Below are positions 54,801-64,000 of a stretch of 64,000 bases of DNA, in pieces (position 1 is the stretch's first letter; every line of letters starts with the position of its first letter). The stretch is from Andalucia godoyi And28. Its lineage: Eukaryota > Protista > Jakobida. A model generated the notes under the pieces. It searched no databases and was not told the DNA's origin. It saw only the letters and a program-made list of their open reading frames with translations. The stretch is taken from contig VRVR01000002.1 in the NCBI GenBank assembly GCA_009859145.1, positions 442,724-506,723 on the forward strand, in the 5' to 3' direction. A program made the translations under genes and the position numbers.

Positions 54801-57800
54801 TATGAGTATTTGCAGACGTTCCGCCAGTATGATTATCTGTGGAAGGACAACAAGCAGGAGGCATATTCCGAGTTCATGAAGAATCAGCCAACACTGGAGG
54901 ATTTTGAAGGAGAACTAAAGAAATACATGGCAATCGAGCAGCAAATTGTCGCCATCAACCCCTCTCATACTATCGGATCGCTGACCCTGCAAACCCAGCC
55001 GCTGAAGAACGCGTTCAAGTCGGAGGCGGCTGCGTGGAAAGCGCAGTATGCCAAGAATCTGCATGCGCAAGCGAAACAGGATCTCGAGAACATTTCGAAT
55101 TACATGACTGAGACAACAAAGAAATTGCAACGTGATATTTCAGATCTCGAGGATTTGCGATTTGTAATGACAACTCTCAAGCAAATTCGAGAAAAGGAAT
55201 CCGAAATCGACATGGAAGTGAATCCTGTGGAGGACATGTATCAACTGCTTGCAAGATACGATGTCCGCGGCATTTCAAAGGATGAAACGGACGCTGTCGC
55301 CGAGCTTCGATACCGCTGGAAGAATCTCGTCACTCTGGCGAACGAGACCAACGAGCGTATTGCGCAGCTTCAGGGAGGATTCAAGCGTGATCTTGTGAAG
55401 GCCGTGAAGCAGTTTAAGATTGATATCGTCACATTTTCCAACGACTACGAGTCCAATGGTCCAAATGTTCCAGGCATCAAGCCGCATGAGGCCATGGAAC
55501 GGCTTAACAAGTATAAGCGTCTTTTCGAAGAAAAGGAGCGCAAGTTTGAGACGTATGCTGTCGGCGAAGAATTGTTCGGATTACCTCATGAAGAATACCC
55601 GCAACTGCAGAAGGTGAAGAAGGAGTTGTCGTTACTGGACAAGTTGTACACCCTTTTCATCAAGGTTGTTGAGCGTGTCAACTCGTATGCCGAGATTCTG
55701 TTTGAGGACTTGGATTTCCAGGCGATCACCACGGAGATTGAAGGTTTTCAAAAGCAGTCGAAGACACTTCCCAAATCCTTGCGTGAATGGGAGGCGTTTT
55801 TGCAAATGAAACAGACCATCGACGATTTCCTCGAGCTGCAGCCGCTGCTGGAGCGTCTTTCCGACAAGGCAATGCGGCCACGACACTGGCAGCAACTGCA
55901 GCAAATCACTGGCCATACCTTCAAGCGAGATGCTGAGTTTAAGCTGCGCCATCTGCTTGAAGCGCAAGTCTTGAAGTTCCGGGACGACATCGAGGATCTT
56001 GCGGTTTCCGCTCTCAATGAGGCAGAGATTGAGAATAAGTTGTCGCACATCCAGGACGATTGGGCGAACCAGGTTCTTGAGTTTGGTGAGTTCAAGAATA
56101 AGGGTCCGATCATTCTGCGAGGTGCGGAAGCTCAGGCGATTATGGAAAAATTGGAGGATTCTCAGATGCAATTGGCATCCATGATGTCCTCTCGTTTCCT
56201 GACTCCATTCCGAGCAGAGGTGTCAGATTGGATTGAACGACTGTCAACTGTCGCCGAGGTTCTCGAGCTGTGGTTGGGCGTGCAAGCAATGTACATGTAT
56301 TTGGAAGCTGTGTTCACTTCTGGCGACATTGCAAAGCAGCTGCCGCAGGAAGCAAAGCGCTTCCAGAACATCGACAAGACCTGGTTGAAGATGATGGCAA
56401 AAGCGTTCGAAGTCCGAAATGTCGTGGGATTTGCCTATGGCAACAATCCTTTGCAGAGTTTGCAGTTCATGAAGGATCAGCTGGAAATCTGCCAAAAGTC
56501 GCTTACTGGCTACTTGGAGCAGAAGAGAAACTGCTTCCCGCGCTTCTACTTCGTCTCGGATCCCGTGCTTCTGGAGATTCTTTCTCAGGCGTCCGATCCG
56601 AATTCCATCCAAAAGCATTTGCAGTCCATTTTTGACTCGATTGCTGCCGTCACGTTTGATGCAAAGCAGAAGAGCAAGGTCCTTGTCATGCACTCGCCGG
56701 AAGGAGAGTCTGTCAACTTTGAACACCCAGTGGTCTGCGAAGGCAATGTGGAGGACTGGCTGACTGTCATGGAGCGTTCTATGCAGAGCACAATGAAGTC
56801 GATTGTTCGCAATGCTGCTGCGGATTCTGGCAGCATGGGTCTTCGCGAATTCATTGATCAGTATCCATCCGCAGTTGCGTTGCTGGGTATTCAGTTCATC
56901 TGGACTGCAGATGTCCAGGAAGCCCTCAACCGGTCCAAGACGGAAAAGAGAGCTATGAGCGACACCAACAAGAAGGTTTCCGGAATCATGTCGGATCTGA
57001 CGCAGATGACGACCCAGGAATTGACTCCCATGAACAGAACCAAGGTAGAGACACTGATCACTATTCAAGTTCATCAGCGCGATGTCTTTGACGAACTTTC
57101 GAAGAAGCGAGTGCGGGATGCCTCGGACTTTGAGTGGCAGAAACAAGCTCGTTTCTACTGGAGCACGGACAGGGATGACTGTGTGATCTCCATCGCCGAC
57201 ATCGATTTCAAGTATTCCTACGAGTACTTGGGCTGCAAGGAGCGTCTGGTTATCACGCCTCTTACGGATCGTTGCTACATTTCCCTGTCGCAAGCACTTG
57301 GTATGCATCTTGGAGGGGCCCCCGCAGGGCCTGCCGGAACCGGAAAGACCGAAACCGTCAAGGATCTCGGGCGGACTCTTGGCAAGTACGTCGTCGTTTT
57401 TAACTGTTCCGATCAGATGGATTTCCGTGCAATGGGAAAGATCTACAAGGGGATTGCGCAGTCTGGCTCCTGGGGCTGCTTCGATGAGTTCAACCGCATC
57501 AAATTGGAAGTGTTGTCCGTCGTCGCACAGCAGGTCCAGTGCATCTTGGTGGCGATTCGCGATCGCCAGGAGCAGTTCACATTCACGGACGGTCAGGTTT
57601 GCGTGTTGAAGCGTGAATGCGGATTCTTCATCACCATGAATCCTGGTTATCAGGGGCGCCAGGAGTTGCCGGAAAACCTGAAGGCTTTGTATCGTGGAGT
57701 TGCCATGATGGTCCCCGACCGTAGGATCATCATCAAAGTGAAGCTTGCGGCTTGCGGTTTTGAGCAGAACGAGAATTTGTCCATCAAGTTCAACATTCTC

Positions 57801-60800
57801 TATGCCCTTTGCGAGCAGCAATTGTCCAAGCAGCCGCACTACGATTTCGGATTGCGAAATATTCTGTCCGTCTTGCGTACCGCAGGTGCCACGAAGCGGA
57901 AGAACCCCGACAAGTCCGAGCCGTATCTTTTGATGAGAACGCTTCGTGACATGAATACCTCGAAGCTTGTCGCAGAGGACGTGCCGTTGTTTCTGTCCCT
58001 GATCAACGATCTGTTCCCGGGAATGAAGGCCGACAAGGCGCGCTTCCCAGAAATCGAAGCCTCCATTCAGTCTAACATCGAGAAATCTGGTTTGCAAAAC
58101 CACGGTCTCTGGATTGAGAAGGTTATTCAATTGTACGAAACGTCCGTGGTTCGTCACGGAATCATGGTCGTTGGTCCGTCTGGTGCTGGAAAATCGAGAT
58201 GCTTTGAGATTTTGCTGAAAGCTTTATCCGAGTGCGTGAAGCCGCATAAGGAACTGCGTATGAATCCGAAAGCCATGACTGCGGAGCAGATGTTTGGTCG
58301 GTTGGATCCCATCTCGAATGACTGGACGGATGGCATCTTTTCAGCGCTATGGCGTAAGGCAAACGACAAGACACAGATGCGTAACACTGTTCCCTGGCTG
58401 ATTTGTGATGGACCTGTCGACGCCATCTGGATTGAGAACCTCAACACCGTTTTGGACGACAACAAGCTGCTCACTTTAGCGAATGGTGACCGTATACAAA
58501 TGTCGCCGGAGATGAAGATGTGCTTCGAAGTCGAGAACTTGAACAATGCTTCGCCGGCAACGGTGTCGCGTGCTGGCCAGATTTACATGTCGGAGTCAGT
58601 TCTTGGCTGGGAACCTGTGCTAAAATCGCACATGTTTCCGACGGGTGCTGTGAAGGAGGATGCTCGCCGAATTACCTGCAAGGATTCTGAAGCGATGCTT
58701 CTTTCCAAGCTGTTTGACCAGCATGTAGCGGATCTGCTCACTTTCTCGCGGAAGGAATGCGTGCCTGTCATGGGGGTTTCGGAACTGAACCAGATTATGA
58801 CGATGTATGATCTGTTGATGCCGTTGCTTCGTGTTGCAAACGAGGCGTCCGGCGGCTGTTCTGATATGCATGTGGAGCGCTTGTTTTGGTTCACTGCGTG
58901 GTGGTCTATTGGAGGTCTTCTCGAGACCAAAGATCGCACTAGGTTCTCTGAATTCATTTCGAGCCGAACAAAGCAGAGTCCGCCTTCTGATAACGGATCC
59001 ATGTGTTTTGACTTCTTCGTCGACGACGTCACGGGTGCCTGGACACACTGGCGCTCGCGCATTCCGTCTTGGGAGTATCCTGGCGATTCAAAGTTTGAAT
59101 TCTCGACGCTGTTCGTTCCGACGCTGGACTCCGTGCGCTTGGATTATCTGCTAGGCATCATTGCAAAGCAGGAGAAATCCGTGCTGCTCGTCGGTGGTCC
59201 TGGTACTGCGAAGACCGTGACAATCGAAAACTATCTGATCACAAAGAGCGATCCGGAGACCATGTTGTACAAAAAGATCAACTTTTCGTCGGCGACGTCT
59301 CCGTTGATCTTCCAGCGAACGATTGAGGCCAACATTGACAAGCGTGTGGGAAACACGTATGGTCCTGCCGCTGGCCGCAAGATGACCGTGTTTGTGGACG
59401 ATATTTCCATGCCCGAAATCAACGAGTGGGGTGACCAAGTCACAAACGAAATTGTTCGTCAAGTCGTGGAGAGTCGGGGAGTGTACAACTTGGAAAAGCC
59501 GGGTGAGTGGAAGAAGATCGTTGATGTCCAATTCCTTGCCGCGATGAATCACCCAGGCGGTGGAAAGAACGATATTCCAGCTCGCTTGAAGAGGCATTTT
59601 GCAATTTTCAACGTGACACTGCCGTCGCACACCGCGATTGACCAGATCTATGGCGCGGTTCTTCGTGGAAGATTCTGTTCCTCGGCTGGATTTGACGAGG
59701 AGACGGTCGGCATTTCGACCAAGCTCACTCCGTCCACAATCTTGTTGTGGGAGCGTGTGGCTGCGAAGATGTTGCCGACGCCATCCAAGGTACATTACAT
59801 CTTCAACATGCGTGATCTTTCTCGGGTTTTCCAGGGTGTGATGCAGTGCCCGCCGAACATTGTTGCGAATGCGGAGATTCTGTTGAAGTTGTGGCGGCAT
59901 GAGTGCAACCGTGTTTTCTCCGATCGATTGAATACCGTGGAAGACAAGATTTGGTTTGACGACGCAATGCAAAAACTTGTCGTGGAATCATTTGGTACAG
60001 AGTTTGCGGAGAAGACCAAAGCACCCGCGTACTTTGTGGACTTCCTCCGGGATGCTCGTGAGGACCCTGAAACTGGCGAAGCTCTGGAGCCTCGTCCGGA
60101 CGTCTACGAACCGGTGGTTTCGCGCGAAGGGCTCACGGAACGCTTGTACATGTTCATGAAGAAATTCAACGAGACTTCGAAGGTTCGCAAGCTCGATCTG
60201 GTCCTGTTTGATGCAGCGGTGAAGCATCTGATTCGAATTGCTCGCATCCTCCGTCTACCTCGAGGAAATGCCTTGCTGGTTGGTGTTGGGGGTTCAGGTC
60301 GCCAGTCTGTGACCCGTCTTGCATCGTACATCCGGGGCTACGATACATTCCAGATCACCTTGACAAAGACCTACAATGCTACAAACCTGTGCGAAGATTT
60401 GCAGCGGTTGTACAAGACCACTGGTGTCGAGGGCAAGCCCGTGACGTTCTTGTTTACAGACAATGAGATCAAGGACGAGTCGTTCCTGGAGTATGTGAAC
60501 AACATCTTGTCTTCTGGAGAGATTGCCGGGTTGTTCCCGAAGGAAGAGCTGGACGCCATTGTGAACGAGCTTCGTGATGTGGCCAAGAAGACAAAACCGG
60601 ACACGCTTGGGAAGAACGATACGTATGACAATCTGTATCGTTTCTTCATTGACCGTGTACGCGACAATTTGCACATTGTTTTATGTTTCTCACCAGTTGG
60701 TGAGAAGTTCAGAACGCGCGCAAGAAAGTTCCCTGGTCTGATCTCTGGTTGCATCATTGACTGGTTCTTCCCGTGGCCCGAGGAGGCGCTGACGGATGTT

Positions 60801-63800
60801 GCTGCCAAGATGTTGGGGGCGTTCAAGATGGAGTGCACAGATCCAGTCCGTTCTTCTCTTATCAAGCACATGGCGAACATCCACCGATCTATGTCCGATG
60901 TTTCTGCACAGTACTTCCAGAGGTTCCGCCGCAATGTCTATACGACGCCGAAGTCGTATCTGTCATTTTTGGAGAATTTCAAGGCAGTCTATTCAATCAA
61001 GTACGAAGAAGTGCAGTCTCTTGCTCGCAAGATTAACTCGGGTCTTGAAAAGCTAATGAAAGCAGGATCGGATGTCGAGCGCATGAAGATCGAACTGGCT
61101 GAGAAGGAAGTCAACTTGAAGGCAGCCCAGAAGGAAACAGAAGAGATGCTCATTGTTATTGCTGACAAGACAGCCAAAGCCGAGAAGAAGAGAGAGGACG
61201 TCCAGAAAGTGAAGGATGTGCTCTCGGAAGATGCAGCGATTGTTGCGAAAGGAAAGGCAGAAGCTGAGCATGACCTTGCTGCTGCGAAGCCCGCTCTTGA
61301 ACAAGCCGAGAACGCGCTGAAGGCCATCACGGCGAAGGACATTCAGAATCTTCGTGCGCTTCGCAATCCACCCCAGCTGGTGAAGGTCATTTTTGATGGT
61401 GTTTTACTGCTCCGCAAGATGCCGCTGAATGCCGTGGAACCGCTGGAGTACAAGGGTAACAACATCATCAAGGACTCGTATACGTACTCCGTGCAGATGA
61501 TGACGGACACGAACTTTCTGAATTCTTTGCTGAACTACGAACGAGATGAAGTCACGGACGAAATGGTGGAGCTGTGCCAGCCGTACTTTGATATCGAAGA
61601 ATGGGACGCGGACAAGGCCCGTGCTGCGTCGGGTAACGTTGCGGGCTTGTGTACGTGGGTTTCCTCGATTTGCTTGTACCATGATGTCGCAAAGATCGTT
61701 CAGCCTAAGATCGAAGCGTTGCGCGTTGCCGAAGTTCAGTTGCGCGTTGCGAATTCGAAGCTGAAAGCCAAGCAGGAGGAGCTGGATCAGGTCGAAGCAG
61801 ACTTGTTCAAGATCCAATCTGAATTTGATGCCATGATGCGAAAGAAGCAAGAATTGCAGGACGATGCTGACCGCACGAGAAAGCGCATGGAGTCAGCAAA
61901 CAACCTCATTGGTGCCCTTGCTGGTGAAAAGGATCGCTGGACTCAGCAATCAAAGGAATTCGCAGACCGTACTCGGCGCTTGATCGGTGATGTCGGTTGC
62001 GTGTGTGCCTTCATCTCGTACTGCGGTCCGTACAATGCAGAGTTCCGCAACATGTTGCTCAACAAAAACTTCTATGATGGGTGCAAGCAGAGAAATATCC
62101 CCGTTACGGAAGGACTCGGTATTACCAAGTTTTTGGTGGACGAATCGCAGATTGGTGAATGGAATTTGGAAGGATTGCCGACGGATGACCATTCGGTGCA
62201 GAACGGCATCATGGTCACGCGCAGCTCCAAGTGGCCACTGCTGGTGGATCCTCAAGGCCAGGGTCTTGCCTGGTTGAAGCGCAGAGAAGCGTCCAACGAG
62301 GTTGTGGTCGTCGAGTTGACGTACAAGCACTTCCGAAATGTGCTGGAAGACTGCATTACCTTTGGTCGCTCCCTGATCATCGAGAATGTCGAGGAGGAGT
62401 TGGATCCATTCTTGGACCCTGTGCTCGACAAGGCAGTGACGAAGACCGGGCGCTCAATGCAGATCACACTTGCCGATAAGCAAGTGACGTACAATGATAA
62501 TTTCCGTTTGTTCGTCACGACAAAGTTGGCAAATCCTCATTTTTCTCCGGAATTGTCTGCAAAGACGACCATCATCGATTTCACGGTCACAATGGGCGGT
62601 CTTGAACAGCAGTTGCTCGGTCGTGTTATCCAGATGGAGAAGGCCGAACTGGAGGAACAGCGTGAGCAGTTGCTGCAGGAAGTGAATGCCAATCAAAAGA
62701 AGATCAAGGCCTTGGAGGATGATTTGCTTAAGCGCCTGTCTGAGTCACAGGGTAACTTGCTGGATGACGAAGAACTCATTGGAGTGTTGGCGAACACAAA
62801 GCGCACGGCTTCCGAGGTGCAGGAGAATCTTGTCAAAGCCGTGGACATGGAGAAGCGCATCAATGCGTCGCGAGAGGAATACAGACCAGTCGCCATTCGT
62901 GGCTCCGTGTTGTATTTCTTGATTGTCGAAATGTCGCTTGTCAGCTCCATGTATCAGACATCTCTCAAACAGTTCCTGGTGCTGTTCGATCTTGCGGTTG
63001 AGCGGGCAGAACGAGCGCTGATCACGACGAAGCGCATCCACAATATCATCGAAGCAATGACATTCGGAGTGTACGTCTACGTCAATCGCGGTTTGTTTGA
63101 ACGTCACAAGCTGCTATTCGTGTTGCTTCTTGCTTGCAAGATCCTTCTTCGAGACGGTTTGATTGACGGTGCTCAATTCTCTTCGATGCTGAAAGGAGGT
63201 GCAGCGTTGGATATCAACGCCGTTCGCAAGAAACCGTTCGCGTGGTTGCCAGACGCTGCCTGGCTGAATTGTGTGCAGATTTCCTACTTGAATCAGTTCC
63301 GCGAGTTGCCGGACATGATCCAGCGTAATGAGACTCTCTGGAAGCAGTATTACGATGCAGAAGCTCCCGAAGAGACAAAGATTCCCGAAATCCATGATCG
63401 GCTGTCCTCGTTTGAACGGCTGTTGGTCGTTCGCTCTCTGCGCGAGGATCGTACCACCATCGCGGCTTCGGATTTCATTCGTGACATCCTTGGTCAGCGG
63501 TACGTCGATGCCATTCCGCTGAATCTGGAGTCTACCTGGGAGGAGTCCAAGCCACTCACCCCGATGATTTTCCTGTTGTCCGCCGGTTCTGACCCGACAG
63601 CAGCAATTGAGGCGTTGGCAAAGAGAAAGAAGAAATTCCCGATCCGAGCCATCTCCATGGGCCAAGGACAAGAGGAAGCAGCACGCAAGTTGATTCAAGC
63701 CGGATTCCAACAGGGACACTGGGTGTTGTTGCAGAATTGCCACTTGGGTCTTGATTTCATGATTGAAATCGAAAAACTCTTGGCTTCACTTGCTGCGGCA

Positions 63801-64000
63801 CAAGCAAAGGAGGGCGGGAAAGACGACAAGAGCAAAGGAAAGGAGAGTTCCAAGGATTCGTCTGGAGACATGGAGGGATCTTCCGAGATCAGTCCTGAGT
63901 TCCGTTTGTGGATCACCACCGAACCCCATCCGAAGTTCTCCATCGGCTTGCTGCAAATGTCGATCAAGCTTACGAACGAAGCGCCTCAGGGAGTCAAGGC
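51819..64000 (+). CDS. DNAH5: Axonemal outer-arm dynein heavy chain, gamma type (DNAH5/DNAH8, Chlamydomonas ODA2-like), 3' end outside the window
   Basis: Not in the ORF track because it has no stop in the window. ATG at 51819 gives MAFDARHRYL.... The same frame carries P1 GPAGTGKT (57327), P2 GPSGAGKS (58173), P3 GGPGTAKT (59193; GTAKT is typical of the gamma chain) and P4 GVGGSGRQS (60282), then the stalk, AAA5 and the start of AAA6 (WVLLQNCHLG, FRLWITTEPHP) at the edge. More than 4060 codons, apparently intronless. Confidence 0.95.
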   Translation, partial: MAFDARHRYLMGRSAEVLGAELRAEIEDCFASNARVLKAFLDGEEPSRLFLLHKPKLPEPDESSGSVQVPTKAPNLLLSTGQPKDLGLGGRCVYFVRVTAPGKAVSTKEADLANDVEIGVVGGASALDSLHKVLDKVFFPLLRAQTEWGKSSTDDTSEFFSTMKKFEETLSNVVKVQQEGIELKRPDKRFAVANNQQAFVSASQESELVAHFEAVVEDWCAATERLLAESEQGRVDSEDAGPDTELDYWRTRMGKFNSVTEQLKLRDCKTTLGVLTQARSKVLKKWRSLDTQITDAANEAKDNVKYLSTLEKYLEPLYGGVPNQIVDSLPGLMNNLKMMHTISRYYNTTERMTTLFVKLTNEMIRNCKKTIKADGKLWDQDPSSLIRKLESCLRLNEAYQEQYRLTKDKLLSQPGARQFDFNELQIFGKFELFCKRVQKLVYVFSTVEQFSALAKHSIDGMENLIKRFQEIVDDLKRKPYDLLDHTKAQFDKDYIDFNKNIEELETALQVFINSSFENITSTENALALLKKFQSILQRENLRADLDSKYMVIFHNYGLDLENVQKTYERYKHNPPLIRNAPPVAGNITWSRQLLRRIEEPMKKFQQNRTIMNTKESKKIIRTYNKVARALVEFETLWHYAWMKSIETAKTGLQATLIVRHPETGRLFVNFDHEILQLIRETKWLLRLGVDVPESAKMVLLQEDKFKSYYNQLSYALKEYDRVTARIIPIVRPIISPHLEDLDKKIQPGMTILTWTSMNIDGYLHRVHSGLARFEELVIKMNDIIENRIEKNLKVISKTLLVDLPSDQTFSLDQFVALQERHIKSQSSQMNMKNMEVERAVDDLMETIKAFALEFVVVPDEVWEEEISKLRKHYNRLMFKAILSATTKSLQIVKKRIGSRSRSGEVVVERPFFNVDVELQPPNVLMNPSLDEVQEAINRAAIAVLRCSKQLFQWSVKTMDPALKESFYPELARNKEIVKVVLLLTGGIHGLKQQVYEYLQTFRQYDYLWKDNKQEAYSEFMKNQPTLEDFEGELKKYMAIEQQIVAINPSHTIGSLTLQTQPLKNAFKSEAAAWKAQYAKNLHAQAKQDLENISNYMTETTKKLQRDISDLEDLRFVMTTLKQIREKESEIDMEVNPVEDMYQLLARYDVRGISKDETDAVAELRYRWKNLVTLANETNERIAQLQGGFKRDLVKAVKQFKIDIVTFSNDYESNGPNVPGIKPHEAMERLNKYKRLFEEKERKFETYAVGEELFGLPHEEYPQLQKVKKELSLLDKLYTLFIKVVERVNSYAEILFEDLDFQAITTEIEGFQKQSKTLPKSLREWEAFLQMKQTIDDFLELQPLLERLSDKAMRPRHWQQLQQITGHTFKRDAEFKLRHLLEAQVLKFRDDIEDLAVSALNEAEIENKLSHIQDDWANQVLEFGEFKNKGPIILRGAEAQAIMEKLEDSQMQLASMMSSRFLTPFRAEVSDWIERLSTVAEVLELWLGVQAMYMYLEAVFTSGDIAKQLPQEAKRFQNIDKTWLKMMAKAFEVRNVVGFAYGNNPLQSLQFMKDQLEICQKSLTGYLEQKRNCFPRFYFVSDPVLLEILSQASDPNSIQKHLQSIFDSIAAVTFDAKQKSKVLVMHSPEGESVNFEHPVVCEGNVEDWLTVMERSMQSTMKSIVRNAAADSGSMGLREFIDQYPSAVALLGIQFIWTADVQEALNRSKTEKRAMSDTNKKVSGIMSDLTQMTTQELTPMNRTKVETLITIQVHQRDVFDELSKKRVRDASDFEWQKQARFYWSTDRDDCVISIADIDFKYSYEYLGCKERLVITPLTDRCYISLSQALGMHLGGAPAGPAGTGKTETVKDLGRTLGKYVVVFNCSDQMDFRAMGKIYKGIAQSGSWGCFDEFNRIKLEVLSVVAQQVQCILVAIRDRQEQFTFTDGQVCVLKRECGFFITMNPGYQGRQELPENLKALYRGVAMMVPDRRIIIKVKLAACGFEQNENLSIKFNILYALCEQQLSKQPHYDFGLRNILSVLRTAGATKRKNPDKSEPYLLMRTLRDMNTSKLVAEDVPLFLSLINDLFPGMKADKARFPEIEASIQSNIEKSGLQNHGLWIEKVIQLYETSVVRHGIMVVGPSGAGKSRCFEILLKALSECVKPHKELRMNPKAMTAEQMFGRLDPISNDWTDGIFSALWRKANDKTQMRNTVPWLICDGPVDAIWIENLNTVLDDNKLLTLANGDRIQMSPEMKMCFEVENLNNASPATVSRAGQIYMSESVLGWEPVLKSHMFPTGAVKEDARRITCKDSEAMLLSKLFDQHVADLLTFSRKECVPVMGVSELNQIMTMYDLLMPLLRVANEASGGCSDMHVERLFWFTAWWSIGGLLETKDRTRFSEFISSRTKQSPPSDNGSMCFDFFVDDVTGAWTHWRSRIPSWEYPGDSKFEFSTLFVPTLDSVRLDYLLGIIAKQEKSVLLVGGPGTAKTVTIENYLITKSDPETMLYKKINFSSATSPLIFQRTIEANIDKRVGNTYGPAAGRKMTVFVDDISMPEINEWGDQVTNEIVRQVVESRGVYNLEKPGEWKKIVDVQFLAAMNHPGGGKNDIPARLKRHFAIFNVTLPSHTAIDQIYGAVLRGRFCSSAGFDEETVGISTKLTPSTILLWERVAAKMLPTPSKVHYIFNMRDLSRVFQGVMQCPPNIVANAEILLKLWRHECNRVFSDRLNTVEDKIWFDDAMQKLVVESFGTEFAEKTKAPAYFVDFLRDAREDPETGEALEPRPDVYEPVVSREGLTERLYMFMKKFNETSKVRKLDLVLFDAAVKHLIRIARILRLPRGNALLVGVGGSGRQSVTRLASYIRGYDTFQITLTKTYNATNLCEDLQRLYKTTGVEGKPVTFLFTDNEIKDESFLEYVNNILSSGEIAGLFPKEELDAIVNELRDVAKKTKPDTLGKNDTYDNLYRFFIDRVRDNLHIVLCFSPVGEKFRTRARKFPGLISGCIIDWFFPWPEEALTDVAAKMLGAFKMECTDPVRSSLIKHMANIHRSMSDVSAQYFQRFRRNVYTTPKSYLSFLENFKAVYSIKYEEVQSLARKINSGLEKLMKAGSDVERMKIELAEKEVNLKAAQKETEEMLIVIADKTAKAEKKREDVQKVKDVLSEDAAIVAKGKAEAEHDLAAAKPALEQAENALKAITAKDIQNLRALRNPPQLVKVIFDGVLLLRKMPLNAVEPLEYKGNNIIKDSYTYSVQMMTDTNFLNSLLNYERDEVTDEMVELCQPYFDIEEWDADKARAASGNVAGLCTWVSSICLYHDVAKIVQPKIEALRVAEVQLRVANSKLKAKQEELDQVEADLFKIQSEFDAMMRKKQELQDDADRTRKRMESANNLIGALAGEKDRWTQQSKEFADRTRRLIGDVGCVCAFISYCGPYNAEFRNMLLNKNFYDGCKQRNIPVTEGLGITKFLVDESQIGEWNLEGLPTDDHSVQNGIMVTRSSKWPLLVDPQGQGLAWLKRREASNEVVVVELTYKHFRNVLEDCITFGRSLIIENVEEELDPFLDPVLDKAVTKTGRSMQITLADKQVTYNDNFRLFVTTKLANPHFSPELSAKTTIIDFTVTMGGLEQQLLGRVIQMEKAELEEQREQLLQEVNANQKKIKALEDDLLKRLSESQGNLLDDEELIGVLANTKRTASEVQENLVKAVDMEKRINASREEYRPVAIRGSVLYFLIVEMSLVSSMYQTSLKQFLVLFDLAVERAERALITTKRIHNIIEAMTFGVYVYVNRGLFERHKLLFVLLLACKILLRDGLIDGAQFSSMLKGGAALDINAVRKKPFAWLPDAAWLNCVQISYLNQFRELPDMIQRNETLWKQYYDAEAPEETKIPEIHDRLSSFERLLVVRSLREDRTTIAASDFIRDILGQRYVDAIPLNLESTWEESKPLTPMIFLLSAGSDPTAAIEALAKRKKKFPIRAISMGQGQEEAARKLIQAGFQQGHWVLLQNCHLGLDFMIEIEKLLASLAAAQAKEGGKDDKSKGKESSKDSSGDMEGSSEISPEFRLWITTEPHPKFSIGLLQMSIKLTNEAPQGVK

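Noticed and set aside
375-64000. The many 60-330 aa ORFs overlapping the long genes (e.g. 375-746, 18852-19394, 21733-22551, 37026-37967, 43526-44599, 47800-48780, 56244-58157)
   Set aside because: They are antisense or off-frame shadows of well-supported genes in GC-balanced DNA, with no recognisable motifs of their own.
1-64000. CRISPR arrays, tRNA, rRNA, intact transposase or retroelement ORFs, alternative genetic code
   Set aside because: I saw no regularly spaced repeats, no tRNA cloverleaf/T-loop in intergenic DNA, no rRNA signatures and no RT/integrase motifs. TAA, TAG and TGA all end bona fide genes.

Overview
Gene-dense, nearly intron-free eukaryotic nuclear DNA in the standard genetic code. 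The organism is a flagellated (IFT139, outer-arm dynein), aerobic-mitochondriate (SCO1, mitochondrial carrier) protist. The compact style would fit an intron-poor protist such as a jakobid, but that assignment is only a guess. I support 19 protein-coding genes: an Afi1/MesA-type DENN-like protein (partial, runs off the left edge), a mitochondrial carrier, an ATRX/ARIP4-like SNF2 ATPase, a bacterial-type HDAC-family deacylase (1 intron), IFT139/TTC21B, SCO1, an RRG7/Mrr-like nuclease-fold protein, a 3801-aa HECT E3 ligase, a hypothetical protein, a phospholipase B-like protein, a Cdc123-like ATP-grasp protein with a CaaX box, an SP-RING SUMO ligase, Mis18, a mid-SUN protein, a 1227-aa Cys-rich GPI-type surface protein, a secreted orphan, a secreted cyclophilin, a small tail-anchored protein (1 intron), and an axonemal gamma-type dynein heavy chain (partial, runs off the right edge). 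The two partial genes are missing from the supplied ORF track. The most notable unannotated signals are: (i) a frameshifted Fanzor/TnpB-like RNA-guided-nuclease remnant at about 3.3-3.8 kb, immediately followed by a structured ~83-nt segment where an omegaRNA scaffold would be expected; (ii) a ~65-bp structured non-coding element present twice, 24 kb apart; (iii) an EVH1/PH-like domain inserted into the Afi1-like protein. I saw no CRISPR array, rRNA or tRNA. All family calls come from recognising motifs by eye; no database searches were run.
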